Of a stretch of 64,000 nt of DNA, positions 28,401-36,931 are shown in pieces (the stretch's first letter is position 1; each line of letters starts with the position of its first letter). The notes below the pieces were generated by a model that saw nothing but the letters and a program-made list of their open reading frames with translations, had not been told where the DNA came from and did not search any database. Made by a program: the position numbers and the translations under genes. This DNA is from a virus, in IMG/VR virus record IMGVR_UViG_3300028581_000026, positions 22,554 through 86,553 of that record. One strand, written 5' to 3'.

Positions 28401-28618
28401 TTTTCAGGTCATTCCTACCGCAGGTCACTTACAGGAAACGCCCCACAACAAGAATTTTATAGGTTTTCAATTTCTGTTTTGACTAATAAAATATCACAAG
28501 AGGTTGAACCGTCCCTACCATAGGGATATAATTCATCATATTCATCTCTTAAACTTAACCACTTAATTTTTAATTCTTTTAATTTTTCCATAAGTTTAAT
28601 TGTTTTTAAAGTTCGTTA

Positions 28619-28882
28619 TTACCCAGGAAAATCGGTATCAACATCACTTTCTCTATTTTCCAATTCACTTGGATCAACGATTGAGAAGCCAAGTTCTTGT
28701 CCCCCAATTGAAACCTTCAAATCATTTTCAAGTTGTTCATTTTGGGTTAATTTTTCTTGGTATTCTTTTAATTTTTGTTCCAACAATTGTGTGTATTGTT
28801 TTTGAAACTTTTTCTTCTCAGTAGCAATCTTTTCGTTTCTTTTGGCTACTTTCTTTCTGTGTTCTTTAGCTTTTTTTCCCAT
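28619..28882 (-). CDS. Hypothetical basic coiled-coil protein
   Basis: MGKKAKEHRKKVAKRN... Confidence 0.7.
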   Translation of the reverse strand: MGKKAKEHRKKVAKRNEKIATEKKKFQKQYTQLLEQKLKEYQEKLTQNEQLENDLKVSIGGQELGFSIVDPSELENRESDVDTDFPG

Positions 28883-28891
28883 TTTTTTTAT

Positions 28892-29098
28892 TTATTTAAA
28901 TTTTTGTATTGAAAACATTTTTTCTCCGTAACATCTTAATGTGTGAAGAACATCCTTAATTGAGTGATTAACTTTGTAGAACTCATTTGGATTTACGGTT
29001 GTAATCATTGTAACATTATCCCCATCTTTATAAACGGAAACTATTTTATCCAAATTAATATAAACAGAACTTTCTTCTTGTTTGAATTCGATGAACAT
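28892..29098 (-). CDS. Small protein, weakly FlbD-like
   Basis: VYINLDKIVSV...TMITT...YKVNHSIKDV pattern. Confidence 0.45.
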   Translation of the reverse strand: MFIEFKQEESSVYINLDKIVSVYKDGDNVTMITTVNPNEFYKVNHSIKDVLHTLRCYGEKMFSIQKFK

Positions 29099-29099
29099 A

Positions 29100-29390
29100 T
29101 TATAATTGTTTTAAAAGTTTAACCCATCCCAATCCATTACAATAAGAATATCCAGCTTCTTTAGCCTTCAATCTACATTCATCATTGTCATTTTGGTATT
29201 CTTCAGGAGCAAAATTGGATTCCCATTTGATTATGGTATCTTGTCCATCCATTTCAGCAACATCTTGATCTGGTGTTAGATAATGAATATCTTTACCACC
29301 ATTACCTTTCATTGTAAATTCATATACTATCATCGTCTTAAATTTTAATTGTGATAGATGAATAATAGAAAATTTGGGTGAGATTGTCAA
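29100..29390 (-). CDS. Hypothetical protein (start uncertain)
   Basis: ORF in a packed operon; likely start at MIVYEF. Confidence 0.55.
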   Translation of the reverse strand: MTISPKFSIIHLSQLKFKTMIVYEFTMKGNGGKDIHYLTPDQDVAEMDGQDTIIKWESNFAPEEYQNDNDECRLKAKEAGYSYCNGLGWVKLLKQL

Positions 29391-29405
29391 ACAAAAATTC
29401 CACCT

Positions 29406-29651
29406 TTATTGGGGTGGAATCTCTTTAATTATAACCTCAGATTCGGTGATAATAACAACCCTGGCACCACACGAAAGGAGGGGTTTATCATTTCCACCAT
29501 ATATAACTTTACTCGGACCTAATATCTCAACTTCATTACAATAGGTATTCTTCTTACCTTGTTTTACGGTTATAACAGGTAAGTTTGTTCCTTTTGTTTT
29601 ATTGGAACGGATGTGATGTTGATTGACATGGATATAGGTTTTCATTACCAA
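29406..29651 (-). CDS. Conserved phage hypothetical protein
   Basis: IHVNQHHIRSN...PVITVK...GPSKVIY...PLLSCGARV motif familiar from aquatic phages. Confidence 0.7.
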   Translation of the reverse strand: MVMKTYIHVNQHHIRSNKTKGTNLPVITVKQGKKNTYCNEVEILGPSKVIYGGNDKPLLSCGARVVIITESEVIIKEIPPQ

Positions 29652-30016
29652 TTACGATCTGTTTTGTTGCGAATAAGTTCAATTTCTTTGATGCGTAATC
29701 TTATAGATGTTATTTGTTTGAAGTAGAATTCAATTTCAGAATAAATTGGCTCAAAATTATAGTGAGACATAAGTCCTTCAGAATAAGTATTTACTGTAGC
29801 AACTAAACCTCTTTCATTTTCACCCAAATCAATTACATCTATTTTTACAATAGAATCAATCCAATCAGTAATATCTTCATTATATTCATTTGGATTATCA
29901 TTTTCTTCAATATCCGTTTTAATGGTATTGAGTATTTCATTAATTGTTTTTTCAACCTTTCTTCTTTGTTTCTCGCTGGTTTGTTCTTCTAATATTTTTC
30001 TGATAATATCTCTCAT
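29645..30016 (-). CDS. Hypothetical protein with MRDIIRKILEE leader
   Basis: 123 aa; TATTTAT upstream (about 30028-30034). Confidence 0.7.
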   Translation of the reverse strand: MRDIIRKILEEQTSEKQRRKVEKTINEILNTIKTDIEENDNPNEYNEDITDWIDSIVKIDVIDLGENERGLVATVNTYSEGLMSHYNFEPIYSEIEFYFKQITSIRLRIKEIELIRNKTDRNW

Positions 30017-30160
30017 TGTGTTTTAATAATAAATATTGATTAAATCTTGTTTTTCATCTTTAATACCTTATAGATATGTTCGGTAATATATTGGGTATCA
30101 CCATTTGGTGCCATAATCAAATATCCATCCTTTAATTCTTTTAATACTACAAATTTCATA

Positions 30161-30994
30161 TTATATTTTTATTCGGTTAACAACATCTTTCATTCTCGCA
30201 AAGATTTCCATAGCAATAGGAAATGACATCAGAGAGATTAAAAACTGATTAATGTAAGCATACATCGCAACAGCTTCACCCTGGGTCATATTAAAATTAT
30301 AACTAGTAAATATCACCAAGGCTAACACCAAAAAGATACTTTTAACAATATTCAACGACGCCCAATTCTTACCCTGTATTGTTGACATACCGACAATAAC
30401 TTTAGCTCTCCTCTTATAAAATGTTTCAATGGTTGTATCATCATTTGTTTCCATTGTCTTCGTCTTTTGTTCGTAGTGGGTATGTGAGACTCGTGTGGCT
30501 TGAGCAATCTTGTTATAGAATAAATAAACAATCAATGATATTGGTAGAATACAACTAATGACAACAAATCCTGTTAATGTATGTTGATAAAATATAAAAA
30601 CCAAACTTCCAACAATATTAATTAATGCCATTACAAAATAATGAATGTCACTCTCCAAGAAGTTAATCACATAATTGGTTAAATCAGTTCTTGCTATCTT
30701 AACGGATGTTTCCGCATCTTTATTGTGTTTAAGGAATCTAAATATAATATCATTATACATCTTTGTATAAACCTTGGTATCATATACCATTCTCTTATAC
30801 ATAAAAATATTTTGTAATATATTAATAACCAAAAAAACACCCAACCACATATAATTTTTAACCAATAAACCATCAATCGTCTTTCCCAAGATAAAAGGTT
30901 CAACCAAAAATAATAGTTGGGCTATTATGATGTATAGATATATAAACATCAAAGAAAATTTATATTCTTTGATGATATTATAGATGTATTTCAT
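30161..30994 (-). CDS. ABC-transporter transmembrane-domain-only protein
   Basis: Six TM segments; PFILGKTIDGLL and YDTKVYT motifs; no NBD. Confidence 0.7.
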   Translation of the reverse strand: MKYIYNIIKEYKFSLMFIYLYIIIAQLLFLVEPFILGKTIDGLLVKNYMWLGVFLVINILQNIFMYKRMVYDTKVYTKMYNDIIFRFLKHNKDAETSVKIARTDLTNYVINFLESDIHYFVMALINIVGSLVFIFYQHTLTGFVVISCILPISLIVYLFYNKIAQATRVSHTHYEQKTKTMETNDDTTIETFYKRRAKVIVGMSTIQGKNWASLNIVKSIFLVLALVIFTSYNFNMTQGEAVAMYAYINQFLISLMSFPIAMEIFARMKDVVNRIKI

Positions 30995-31039
30995 TTTTTA
31001 ATTAGATAATGGTATTCTTGGAGTAGTGCTTGATAATCT

Positions 31040-31249
31040 TTATCTAGTTTGTTCATGTATATAACCTCTATTTTCTGTGTATTTGAATAATATTTGATTT
31101 TCTTTTAATTCAGGAAATCCGAATGTATAATTTTGTACCATTATGGTTTTCCAATTTTCACCAGAGTCTTCAGCATTATAAGTGAATTCTCTTGGATTGT
31201 CCAAGTTTATTAGAAAAACTGGACGAGTTATTTCAATTATATTTTCCAT
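31040..31249 (-). CDS. Hypothetical protein
   Basis: 69-aa ORF. Confidence 0.55.
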   Translation of the reverse strand: MENIIEITRPVFLINLDNPREFTYNAEDSGENWKTIMVQNYTFGFPELKENQILFKYTENRGYIHEQTR

Positions 31250-31468
31250 CTATTTTATTAATTCAATTTGTTTTTTTAACTCATCACATATTTCATATTC
31301 TTCGTGTTTAATGAAATATGGTAGTAAATAATTTTCTAATATCTCCAATCTTTTATGAGTTTCAAGTCCATCCATTTTGAAATCTGATTTCTTAACATCG
31401 TTATATGTCTCCCACATTACTTTGTTTAATAAATCGTAATTACTCATACCACCTTTGTTTAAACTCAT
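31250..31468 (-). CDS. Hypothetical protein (UVR-like EEYEIC motif)
   Basis: YFIKHEEYEICDELKK. Confidence 0.55.
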   Translation of the reverse strand: MSLNKGGMSNYDLLNKVMWETYNDVKKSDFKMDGLETHKRLEILENYLLPYFIKHEEYEICDELKKQIELIK

Positions 31469-32303
31469 TTTTTTTGTTATTAAACTCCTCTTCAGTCAAT
31501 ATGATTAATTCATTAGGATCATTGAACATTTCTTCAATGTGGGGTTGAGTACCAAGCAAATCCCCACTTTCATAAGCTTCCTTTATTTCGGTTACTTCCT
31601 CAAGGTATTTTTTATAAGTTTCCATCAATTTATTATTTGGGTTTGGTGGATTAACGATATAATTGTTTAATAAGTTCCAATCATCCAATAATGTATTTAA
31701 CACTTCAAAACATAATTCTTGTGTAATTTTACTTCGTTCATAAGATCCCTTTCTACCTTGAGTTCCAGTTTTGCTTCCCCTTGGTGCTGGTTGGTGGTGA
31801 CATTCCGTATTCCCATTCTTGCAAACAGGTCTTGGTATCCAAGTATTACTATTTGTCCATATATCTGTGGGTTTGGCTCGTTCATCACCATATACGCAAT
31901 ACCAAATGGTATGTCTTGTGAATTCTTGCATCCAGGGCATCTTTCTCAACATCCCCCTTGGATTTTCAATAAAGAATACCATATTGGGATTTATCTTTAA
32001 CCATTCCTTTATTAAAGATATAAAATGTTGATTAACGATATCACATTTCTTGGCATATTCACTTTTGGGTTCAGTTCCGTTTCTATGGTGGGATATTGCC
32101 GCAATTGTGTATGTTGTGCAATCTGGGGATGCCCATATAAAGTCCGGAACGAAGGGAACATCATTTAAGGTTAATTCACCAATATCTTTTGATAAATTAA
32201 TTCCCTCATATTGTTCCCAATCAACCGAGAATACCTCCATTCCCAATGATTCCGCAACCTTTCCTATTGACCTGCTCCCAGCAAATAATTCCAATACTTT
32301 CAT
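31440..32303 (-). CDS. DNA (cytosine-5) methyltransferase-like protein
   Basis: VLELFAGSRS, WASPDCTTY, FIENPRG, KPTDIW. Confidence 0.85.
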   Translation of the reverse strand: MKVLELFAGSRSIGKVAESLGMEVFSVDWEQYEGINLSKDIGELTLNDVPFVPDFIWASPDCTTYTIAAISHHRNGTEPKSEYAKKCDIVNQHFISLIKEWLKINPNMVFFIENPRGMLRKMPWMQEFTRHTIWYCVYGDERAKPTDIWTNSNTWIPRPVCKNGNTECHHQPAPRGSKTGTQGRKGSYERSKITQELCFEVLNTLLDDWNLLNNYIVNPPNPNNKLMETYKKYLEEVTEIKEAYESGDLLGTQPHIEEMFNDPNELIILTEEEFNNKKNEFKQRWYE

Positions 32304-32650
32304 TGTTTTGGTCTGTTTTCTTCAAAATATTCAACAACCGCATTGATTGCCCATACAGCTCCAGATGATAAGATTCCATCAAAGAACCAAGAACCCCATA
32401 TTGGAATTCCATATAATGTATGAATTGGTGAGAATATTACCAATGATAAAAACCATCCTCCGTGAAAACTGAAACACATCGGACAAGATAAAATACCATC
32501 AATAAATCTTGGGAAGAATGATAATTTTGAATTTGAATCTCCAGCTTTCTTAAAGAAATCTCTTAGTCCTTGGAATATACTTCCGTAAACCATAATGTTC
32601 ATTAATCCATAGGATAAGATGAACCAAGTGATAATTTGAATTGTAATCAT
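32300..32650 (-). CDS. DUF1360-like membrane protein
   Basis: IFQGLRD...ILSCPMCFSFH between TM helices. Confidence 0.6.
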   Translation of the reverse strand: MITIQIITWFILSYGLMNIMVYGSIFQGLRDFFKKAGDSNSKLSFFPRFIDGILSCPMCFSFHGGWFLSLVIFSPIHTLYGIPIWGSWFFDGILSSGAVWAINAVVEYFEENRPKQ

Positions 32651-32659
32651 ATTTGTATA

Positions 32660-33067
32660 TTATTTTTGTATGTTTATTGAAATTTTATATTTTAAACCAT
32701 TATCACTCATTATATCCCAAGTAATACTTAAATCGTCAGGATTGAATAATCTTGGGGATATTACATTATCGTTTCCAAGTTTATTAAGAGAACATTGAAT
32801 ACATTCAACTATTGATTTTGGAATTTCATTTGTTTTTACAAAATTGTTTATTTCCGCTTCAGTTAGATAAAGTCCGACATTACCATCTTCATCACCAAAT
32901 GTTTGTCTGAATTTTTCAACTAACCCCATTGGGAGTTCATAATTTTTTAATGTTGGGTTTGGTTCAGATTTGTCAATGTAGTAGTATATTCCTCCTTGAC
33001 TTGAAATTGGGGACTTCGTAATACTATCACCTTTAGATACAATATCCATAAATCTTTTGGAGTCCAT
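32660..33067 (-). CDS. Hypothetical protein
   Basis: 135-aa ORF. Confidence 0.65.
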   Translation of the reverse strand: MDSKRFMDIVSKGDSITKSPISSQGGIYYYIDKSEPNPTLKNYELPMGLVEKFRQTFGDEDGNVGLYLTEAEINNFVKTNEIPKSIVECIQCSLNKLGNDNVISPRLFNPDDLSITWDIMSDNGLKYKISINIQK

Positions 33068-33096
33068 TAATTTTTATGTTAAATCGTTTTCCATCG

Positions 33097-33393
33097 TTAA
33101 ATTATATTTGTTTTGTCATTTATTATACAAATTGACTCATCCAACTTTTCACATATTTGTTTCAATTCTTCGGTCTTGAAGTCATCCAAACAAAACCATT
33201 CTCGTTCAATATTATAATGTTTAAATCTGAAATGGAGAGCTTTTTCAAGTTGGGTGGGGTACTTTGTTTCGTATTCAAGTATAAGGATTAAATTTGGGGA
33301 ATTCAACTCCTTAAGCCTATTTTTAACCTTTCTTTTTGTATAACCAATCTTAACCTGATCTGAGTTATCTTTGATAAAGTAAACAAATCCCAC
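33097..33393 (-). CDS. T5orf172/MUG113 (GIY-YIG-like) nuclease
   Basis: FVYFI...VKIGYT...RLKEL...LEKALH..F...REWF; GTG start lies inside hairpin 33386-33421. Confidence 0.85.
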   Translation of the reverse strand: MGFVYFIKDNSDQVKIGYTKRKVKNRLKELNSPNLILILEYETKYPTQLEKALHFRFKHYNIEREWFCLDDFKTEELKQICEKLDESICIINDKTNII

Positions 33394-33442
33394 TACTTTT
33401 TTATATTAAAATAGTGGGATTATATAAAAGGTAAATATTATG

Positions 33443-33850
33443 TTATTTATTTTCCAATATGGTGTCAGCGACAATTGAATAGTAGAAGTCAGACAATTCA
33501 TCATCTTCCATTTCTTTTATATCATCAAACCCTAAAGCATGTAATAAATTTGATATATCGTAATAATAGTATGGGATATCAATTGAACTGGGAAGTCCTT
33601 GTAACCATTCAATTAATGCTTTCTTTTGCCCATATCTTTTGATTGCCCAACCATACTCATCCAAAAATACCTCAAAAAGTTGGGTGAATTTGTTATCAAC
33701 TTTCCTTTTGAAGTCATATCCTTCAAAACTAATTCTATCTTTCAAGAATTTTTTTAATTGGTCGTAGGGGTCATCTTCTCTAATCTCATTGATTGTTCTT
33801 TTGATTAGTTTGGTTAAATCAGATTCGGTTAATCTTCTAATTCTTTTCAT
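33443..33850 (-). CDS. Hypothetical protein with MKRIRRLTESDLTKLIKRTINE leader
   Basis: Start re-called to ATG 33850; TATTTAT at about 33864-33870. Confidence 0.7.
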   Translation of the reverse strand: MKRIRRLTESDLTKLIKRTINEIREDDPYDQLKKFLKDRISFEGYDFKRKVDNKFTQLFEVFLDEYGWAIKRYGQKKALIEWLQGLPSSIDIPYYYYDISNLLHALGFDDIKEMEDDELSDFYYSIVADTILENK

Positions 33851-33870
33851 AATTGTTTTAATTATAAATA

Positions 33871-34446
33871 TCACAAGTTTTGACTTATGTTTGAACCTTT
33901 CATATAAACAGCACCAGTATTTGATACCAATTGTTCAATCTTATTATTGAGTTCAGTTATTATCTTATCCTTATCACCCATTTCCCTTCTCAATTTCATC
34001 AAGGTTTCTTGTAACATAACCATCTTTTCATTTGGTTTTTCAACCTCCTTGATTACCTCAACCTGGACAATTTTTTCCACTATCTTCTCCACTTCCACCG
34101 GTACTTGGACAATTTTTTCTACTATAACCTCATTTGTGGAAAATATTTTCTGCTCAATTGGGACTTCTTTGATTATTTCAACAATCTTCTCAACCTCTTT
34201 AATGACCTCGATTGGGATCTCTTTAATCGTCTCTTTTTCCACATATTTAATAACCTCAATCGGAATTTCTTTCTCAACATATTCAATAATTTTTTCTGTG
34301 TTATTACCAATTAAACCATATCTCTCAATATCATATCCCTTCTTAAAACATTTCTGAAAGAACTTATCAACATCTTCAATGTTATTTAACTTACAATAAT
34401 CAGTTAAATCCTTTTGGTTTTGTTTATTGAGGGTTAGTTTGTTCAT
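33871..34446 (-). CDS. Protein with EKIVE/VP repeats and coiled coil
   Basis: EVIKEVEKIVEIIKEVP...EKIVQVPVEVEKIVEK. Confidence 0.7.
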   Translation of the reverse strand: MNKLTLNKQNQKDLTDYCKLNNIEDVDKFFQKCFKKGYDIERYGLIGNNTEKIIEYVEKEIPIEVIKYVEKETIKEIPIEVIKEVEKIVEIIKEVPIEQKIFSTNEVIVEKIVQVPVEVEKIVEKIVQVEVIKEVEKPNEKMVMLQETLMKLRREMGDKDKIITELNNKIEQLVSNTGAVYMKGSNISQNL

Positions 34447-35257
34447 TATAGTTATATATTATTATCTCCTGACTATTCTTGGAGTTCTTATTTCTTGCCA
34501 CCTTCTCATAATCACCTTCCAATATCTTATGATTAAATCCATCATCCAATAACTTATAAATAATCTCAGACTTCTCGTTGTTCTTATGTTCCCCCAATAC
34601 ACCACTCAACATAAATGAATGACCCATATTGTTTAATTCAACAATATAATCATACAACTGACTTTCTTTTGTCTTTGACCAATAAGCATTATATCCCGCC
34701 TCAGTATTTGTATATGGGGGATCAATATAAATCATACTGGGATTTTTGGGTTTAATCTCACTAAAATCCTTGGATATAAAATAAATCTTATCTTTGTGGT
34801 TGGAGATATGTCCAACAAATTCATTCACCTTCTTCTCGGTTGAAGCATTCCAGGTTCTCTTTCCAAATGTCTGATTAAATTCAAAACTCTTATTGAACCT
34901 CATCATATTGTTTGTACAAGATAACATTAATGCCCATAACTTCTCTGGGGACTTATTGGTATTGAAACTTTTTCTCAATTCCATAAACCCCTCAGAGTCA
35001 TCCTTATTGACCAATACGGACTTTGTTTTGGTTATGATAGATGTTGAATCATTAACCAAATCTTTGTGGATTCCAACCAATTCTTTTATAATGTCATTGA
35101 CCAATATCTTTTCATATCGGTCAACAACATTGGTATAGACCGAACCTCCACCACAAAATAAATCAACGAAATATTTCTTGGTGTAATCGAAGTTTGGAAT
35201 TAGTTGGTCTAATAACTTAAACTTTGAACCGGTGTAATTGAAGGGGGTATTAACCAT
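34424..35257 (-). CDS. dam: Dam-like (D12 class) N6-adenine DNA methyltransferase
   Basis: PFNYTGSKFKL, VDLFCGGGSV, MRFN...FN..FG, YIDPPY; start re-called to ATG 35257. Confidence 0.9.
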   Translation of the reverse strand: MVNTPFNYTGSKFKLLDQLIPNFDYTKKYFVDLFCGGGSVYTNVVDRYEKILVNDIIKELVGIHKDLVNDSTSIITKTKSVLVNKDDSEGFMELRKSFNTNKSPEKLWALMLSCTNNMMRFNKSFEFNQTFGKRTWNASTEKKVNEFVGHISNHKDKIYFISKDFSEIKPKNPSMIYIDPPYTNTEAGYNAYWSKTKESQLYDYIVELNNMGHSFMLSGVLGEHKNNEKSEIIYKLLDDGFNHKILEGDYEKVARNKNSKNSQEIIIYNYNEQTNPQ

Positions 35258-36029
35258 TTGCGAGTGTTTCATTTTCGTTAAGAATGTCTTCATATGAATT
35301 AATAACAAATTTAAGGAAAGGTCTTGGATTATCCAAATCCACAAAGGAATATTTGTTATTTATTACATCATAAATTCCAAATCCGTGTTTCTTTATATTC
35401 TCCCCATAGTTTTGTTGTACAACTGAACCTATCATATATGCTTTCTTACCATTTGGAATATCAAAAATTTGACGTTTGTGTATGTCTCCACATAGAATTA
35501 GGTCACACCCATCAAACTTATCCACTTCATATCCTGTCTCAAACTTATATCCAATGTCGGTATATAAACCAACAATGGGTCCGTGAAATAATCCAATCTT
35601 TAATCTGTCTGACTTCTCTATAATTGGTGGGATGTTGTGTTCAAATAATGAATAAACAACCCAATCTATATTCTCGTCTTGATATACACCTCTATCCTTG
35701 TAATAAACAATATTGTCATTGTCCATTGATTGAATGATGGGGGTTAATGTGTCTAGTCTTGATAAGTTGTTTTCAAGCATGTCATGGTTGCCTACAATTA
35801 TAATTGTTTTGGCTATCTTTGAACATTCATCCAATACCCACCTTACCATTTCAATAAGTTCAGGACTGACTTGGTTTTTACTATGGACTAAATCACCTGT
35901 GAATACCACTCTATCAGGTTTTATTTCCTTGAATTGATTGAACATATCCGTAAGGATTGTTTTATATAGGTCGTGGTCTTTAATTAATCTCAAATGTAAA
36001 TCTGAGAAATGAACCAATTTTTTAATCAT
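35250..36029 (-). CDS. sbcD: SbcD/Mre11 (gp47-like) metallophosphoesterase nuclease
   Basis: SDLH, TGDL, GNHD, FHG, GDIHK, GSVVQQNYGE. Confidence 0.92.
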   Translation of the reverse strand: MIKKLVHFSDLHLRLIKDHDLYKTILTDMFNQFKEIKPDRVVFTGDLVHSKNQVSPELIEMVRWVLDECSKIAKTIIIVGNHDMLENNLSRLDTLTPIIQSMDNDNIVYYKDRGVYQDENIDWVVYSLFEHNIPPIIEKSDRLKIGLFHGPIVGLYTDIGYKFETGYEVDKFDGCDLILCGDIHKRQIFDIPNGKKAYMIGSVVQQNYGENIKKHGFGIYDVINNKYSFVDLDNPRPFLKFVINSYEDILNENETLANG

Positions 36030-36235
36030 ATTAATTACAATTTTATTTTTGAATCTTGAAGGTTGTGTTGTTTAATACCTTGATTTTGTTGGGGTTGGGG
36101 GGTACTGGATATATTTCTTAGTTATGTGTAAGTGTGGTTCTGTCCTCCGAATTAACTTCCGTGTTAGAAAATTTTAGAAAAAACCCACCGCACATTTTTA
36201 ATAATTTTTTAAGAACACAAAGATAAGGAAATTTT

Positions 36236-36643
36236 TTATTTTAATTCAAAATCCAGGAAAGACATATTATATAAATTTAACTTATATTTTCCTGATGGAT
36301 TAAACAATCTTTCAATTATCTCACAGGATTCCTTCTGTAATTCCACCATAAAGATTTGATTTTCAATTATATGTTTCCATCTTTTTCCTGGATTAGGTTC
36401 CCAGTCTTTAAGACCTTCCATTAATTTTTCAATTAGAATGATTGAATATTGTCCAAAACCCGCACAAGGATCAAGAAATGTAGATGTTGGATCCTTAAAT
36501 AATTCAGGATCAATGTTAGATACATGTTCCTCAACTAAATAAAATTCAGTAAAAACTTCACCAAAAGTATCAGCATGTTCTTTCCTATACTTGGTCAGTT
36601 TATTAATTTCATCTTTTATTTTCTTAATACCTTTTATTGCCAT
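36236..36643 (-). CDS. N6-methyltransferase SAM-binding half (no NPPY)
   Basis: GEVFT, TFLDPCAGFGQY, IFMVELQ; ends before the catalytic motif. Confidence 0.75.
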   Translation of the reverse strand: MAIKGIKKIKDEINKLTKYRKEHADTFGEVFTEFYLVEEHVSNIDPELFKDPTSTFLDPCAGFGQYSIILIEKLMEGLKDWEPNPGKRWKHIIENQIFMVELQKESCEIIERLFNPSGKYKLNLYNMSFLDFELK

Positions 36644-36645
36644 TT

Positions 36646-36921
36646 TTATTTACATTCTTTTAAGTCTAAAAGATCATTCTCTTTTGATTGATCACCATCC
36701 GTTCTTAAATATTTATCTTTTACAATATGAACTTTTGTTCCCTCTGATGTTTTAATTTCTACTTCATTTTCATTCTTTTCTAAATCTCTAACTTCTTTGA
36801 TGAAATCTTCTTTTTTCTTTCTACTATATTTAGTTTTGTCTGTATCACTTACAACACCAACTTTTTCAATAACACCATCTTTGTCTTTATTTACACAATA
36901 AATTTCTTTTACAATTTTCAT
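36646..36921 (-). CDS. DUF3892 family protein
   Basis: C-terminal KYLRTDGDQSKENDLLDLKEC. Confidence 0.75.
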   Translation of the reverse strand: MKIVKEIYCVNKDKDGVIEKVGVVSDTDKTKYSRKKKEDFIKEVRDLEKNENEVEIKTSEGTKVHIVKDKYLRTDGDQSKENDLLDLKECK

Positions 36922-36931
36922 AATTTTATTA

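Noticed and set aside
28345-28460. Hammerhead ribozyme or riboswitch
   Set aside because: GAAAC motifs and a GAAA hairpin are present, but there is no CUGANGA core on either strand and no recognisable aptamer.
28341-28523. 60-aa plus-strand ORF
   Set aside because: TTG start, opposite to the local gene direction, overlaps the cassette-end-like element; no supporting features.
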